From NCBI GenBank assembly GCA_950097015.1, contig CATNEN010000005.1, forward strand, positions 4,712,001 through 4,776,000: 64,000 nucleotides of DNA, written 5' to 3'. Numbering within the stretch: position 1 is the stretch's first letter; each line of letters opens with the position of its first letter. The notes below the pieces were generated by a model. It was not told where the DNA came from. It made no database searches and saw only the letters and a list, made by a program, of their open reading frames with translations. This DNA comes from Macrostomum hystrix (taxonomy: Eukaryota > Animalia > Platyhelminthes). Shown piece by piece: positions 60,735 to 64,000 of the stretch. A program made the translations under genes and the position numbers.

Positions 60735-62687
60735 TCATTCAACAGACACAGGAATGACTGGCAGAGATTGCTGCCCAACCATCTGCAGTGCCACTTCGCG
60801 CAAATCGAATGGTTCGACAATTAAATCGTTTGACAAGCTGAAACTGATCCCGGTTAGATCCGTGGCTGTTCTGCGTTGAAAGTCTTGGATGAGACTGGAG
60901 CGGGCCTGATACATGAGAACGATCGATTGAAACAAAATGGAACTTTATTATAGACTAGTAAATGGATTAAAACTAGCAAGGAGGGGCCTAGCCAATGTAT
61001 GGAGCCCATGGCCCAATAAGAGTCGGACGAAAACTACGTCCGTAGTCTTCGTTTGTGGCCTCCAAAAAACTTCAACTTAGCCCCCCGAGAGCCGTGGTTG
61101 CGCGCCCCAAATCCATGGTAGCGCCCTCACCTAAATCCATGGTAGCGCCCTCACCTAAATCCATGGTAGCTCCTTCACCTAAATCCATGGTAGCGCCCTC
61201 ACCTAAATCCATGGTAGCGCCCTCACCTAAATCTATGTTAGCGCCCTCACCTAAATCCATGGTAGCGCCCTCACCTAAATCCATGGTAGCTCCCTCACCT
61301 AAATCCATGTTAGCACCCTCACCTAAATCCATGGTAGCTCCCTCACCTAAATCCATGGTAGCGCCCTCACCTAAATCCATGGTAGCTCCCTCACCTAAAT
61401 CCATGGTAGCGCCCTCACCTAAATCCATGGTAGCTCCCTCACCTAAATCCATGGTAGCGCCCTCACCTAAATCCATGGTAGCTCCCTCACCTAAATCCAT
61501 GGTAGCGCCGCCGCTAATCCATTGTACACCCCAAAAAACCCATGGTAGTGCCCCAAACACATGGTAGCGCCACAAAAACACAGTGTAGAGACGTCAAAAC
61601 CCACGGTAGCGCCACAAAAACAAAGTGTAGAGACGTCAAAACCCACGGTAGCGCTCCCAAAAATTCACGGTGGCGCCATCAACATTAGCATTTAAGTGAC
61701 ACAGTATTACCTGTTCCTGATACTTGTTGCCAAACACGAATGGCTGAAAATCTTTAATCTGGTTTAGCAGGTAGACAGACTTCACAATGCGTATGAACTC
61801 TTGTTTCATCGCTTCGGAAGCAAGCGGCTTCTGTTGAGTTTAATGCAATATTAAGTTAGCTTTTACTTAAACATTTACAAAGAGTAATTATTCTCTACTC
61901 ACTCTGAAGGCTCGATCGCGTTTAGCAAACTCGTTCCAACGACGCTAAAATTAAACACACTTTTCAAAATGTAAATTCTTGATACTACATTTCAGCCAAT
62001 CAGAATTTGACATTATATGAAACACCATTTCTTTTCGTATCTTTTCCTAGCAAATTAGAATCAGACACGTTAGAAATGAATTTGGCCCCTTTTAAAAAGC
62101 TGGTCTAACCCCAAGCTCAAACTTAGTGGCCGAAAACTTTTCCTCCTCGTCTCAACCAATTAGAATGTGGCACGAGGAACGATTCTACTTTTTCATTCCT
62201 ATCAGCCAATCAGATTCTCGAAGGAGGAGCGAAAAATAAATATTTTCATTCCTTCACTCAGCCAATAAAACTATTACAGGGTGCCTGGAATTTTTACTTT
62301 TTATTGATATCTCACCCGAATCAAATCCATGACATCAGGCTGGTCAGCCATTATCGGAAATTGTACCAGGCACGGCCCATAGACTGGTGCGCAGTCTCGT
62401 TCGACTATTATTTTGTCCTGTCCGAGTTCGCTAGCTAATAATTGCCTATAGATACTGTGCAATTGTAGATGCGCTAAGCTGCCAATCATGGTGCCTGGAC
62501 AGGTGCTAAAATATTAAATAACGATCATCATAAACACTCTTCAAATTTCTACGAAATCTTTAGCGAGACTAGGAGTAATATACTTACTCCATGAACTCTT
62601 TAACTTCACGACTTGGTAAAGTGAATTTTAGCTGCACTCTTGGCTGCTTGCTGCTTTGTCCACGGAATAGACCGCTTGATTGGCTGC
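60735..62687 (-). CDS. 3' five exons of an unidentified protein-coding gene (5' part beyond the 29-bp array or outside the window)
   Basis: Exons 62687-62588, 62505-62316, 61944-61903, 61830-61711, 60905-60735; all GT-AG, phases 2,0,0,0, no internal stops. Translation: ...KQPRVQLKFTLPSREVKEFMDTCPGTMIGSLAHLQLHSIYRQLL...MDLIRRRWNEFAKRDRAFRKPLASEAMKQEFIRIVKSVYLL...KYQEQARSSLIQDFQRR...VIPVSVE*. Confidence 0.75.
61095..61510. repeat. Minisatellite, 24-bp unit CCATGGTAGCGCCCTCACCTAAAT (intronic)
   Basis: About 17 tandem copies with degenerate continuation to ~61680; lies in the last intron of the unidentified gene. Confidence 0.93.
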
Positions 62688-62894
62688 CTAGGTAAATCAA
62701 TAATTAAAGAATACTTACTTTTCATTTCCAGTTGAATAATGTCAATCAGCGAATCGATCATTCAGTCGGTCATAAAACATTTGGTCATTCAGTCGGTGAG
62801 TCATAAACCAAACAAATCACGAGGAACGTGATTGGTCATTCAGCTAGGGATCATTTGGTCATTTTAATGCTGGATCAAGTCTGTGGGTTAAAAC

Positions 62895-64000
62895 CTCTGG
62901 TCATTTAGTTGGTGGGTCATAAACCTTGGTCAATTAGTTGGTGGGTCATAAACCTTGGTCATTTAGTTGATGGGTCATAAACCTTGGTCATTTAGTTGGT
63001 GGGTCATAAACCTTGGTCATTTAGTTGGTGGGTCATAAGCCTTGGTCATTTAGTTGGTGGGTCATAAACCTTGGTCATTTAGTTGGTGGGTCATAAACCT
63101 CTGGTCATTTAGTTGGTGGGTCATAAGCCTTGGTCATTTAGTTGGTGGGTCATAAACCTTGGTCATTTAGTTGGTGGGTCATAAACCTTGGTCATTTAGT
63201 TGGTGGGTCATAAACCTTGGTCATTTAGTTGGTGGGTCATAAACCTTGGTCATTTAGTTGGTGGGTCATAAACCTTGGTCATTTAGTTGGTGGGTCATAA
63301 ACCTTGGTCATTTAGTTGGTGGGTCATAAACCTTGGCCATTTAGTTGGTGGGTCATAAACCTTGGTCAATTAGTTGGTGGGTCATAAACCTCTGGTCATT
63401 TAGTTGGTGGGTCATAAACCTTGGTCATTTAGTTGGTGGGTCATAAACCTTGGTCATTTAGTTGGTGGGTCATAAGCCTGGGTCATTTAGTTGGTGGGTC
63501 ATAAACCTTGGTCATTTAGTTGGTGGGTCATAAACCTTGGTCATTTAGTTGGTGGGTCATAAACCTTGGTCATTTAGTTGGTGGGTCATAAACCTTGGCC
63601 ATTTAGTTGGTGGGTCATAAACCTTGGTCAATTAGTTGGTGGGTCATAAACCTCTGGTCATTTAGTTGGTGGGTCATAAACCTTGGTCATTTAGTTGGTG
63701 GGTCATAAACCTTGGTCATTTAGTTGGTGGGTCATAAGCCTTGGTCATTTAGTTGGTGGGTCATAAACCTTGGTCATTTAGTTGGTGGGTCATAAACCTC
63801 TGGTCATTTAGTTGGTGGGTCATAAGCCTTGGTCATTTAGTTGGTGGGTCATAAACCTTGGTCATTTAGTTGGTGGGTCATAAACCTTGGTCATTTAGTT
63901 GGTGGGTCATAAACCTTGGTCATTTAGTTGGTGGGTCATAAACCTTGGTCATTTAGTTGGTGGGTCATAAACCTTGGTCATTTAGTTGGTGGGTCATAAA
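62895..64000. repeat. Minisatellite, 29-bp unit GGTCATTTAGTTGGTGGGTCATAAACCTT (runs off the window end)
   Basis: About 38 near-identical tandem copies. Confidence 0.96.

Noticed and set aside
61055-61581. ORFs (SPKSMVAP)n and (ATMDLGEG)n
   Set aside because: Both are readings of a 24-bp array located within the last intron of the unidentified minus-strand gene.

Overview
Eukaryotic (invertebrate animal) nuclear DNA, not prokaryotic. GC-rich exons with GT-AG introns sit in AT-rich DNA packed with about 26 different non-coding minisatellite arrays (roughly 23 kb by my boundary estimates, about half of the first 43 kb). This style resembles the free-living flatworm Macrostomum, but the species call is inference only. 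I rebuilt gene models by hand from splice sites: an internally deleted mariner transposon; a 3-exon neuropeptide-type class A GPCR (-); a 2-exon Endonuclease G (-) with one in-frame TAA at a position where Tyr is expected; a 5-exon KLHL20/diablo (-); a 2-exon ~1948-aa channel (+) joining ~25 ankyrin repeats to a TRPM-type pore and coiled coil; a 2-exon ~1376-aa basic low-complexity protein (-) with an internally duplicated motif module and ~20 TPAKTPVAEK repeats; a divergent PNPO/PdxH-like ORF (+); and the 3' five exons of an unidentified gene (-). Mobile-element remnants are two copies of one tRNA-derived SINE family, a hAT-type MITE with an 8-bp TSD, a foldback/MITE-like inverted repeat, and a Penelope-like GIY-YIG tail followed by a minimal hammerhead ribozyme motif. 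The strongest novelty candidates are the ankyrin-TRPM chimera, the EndoG TAA, the duplicated-module basic protein, and the finding that the minisatellites fall into families sharing 10-15 bp cores. Most long ORFs in the supplied track are artefacts of tandem repeats.
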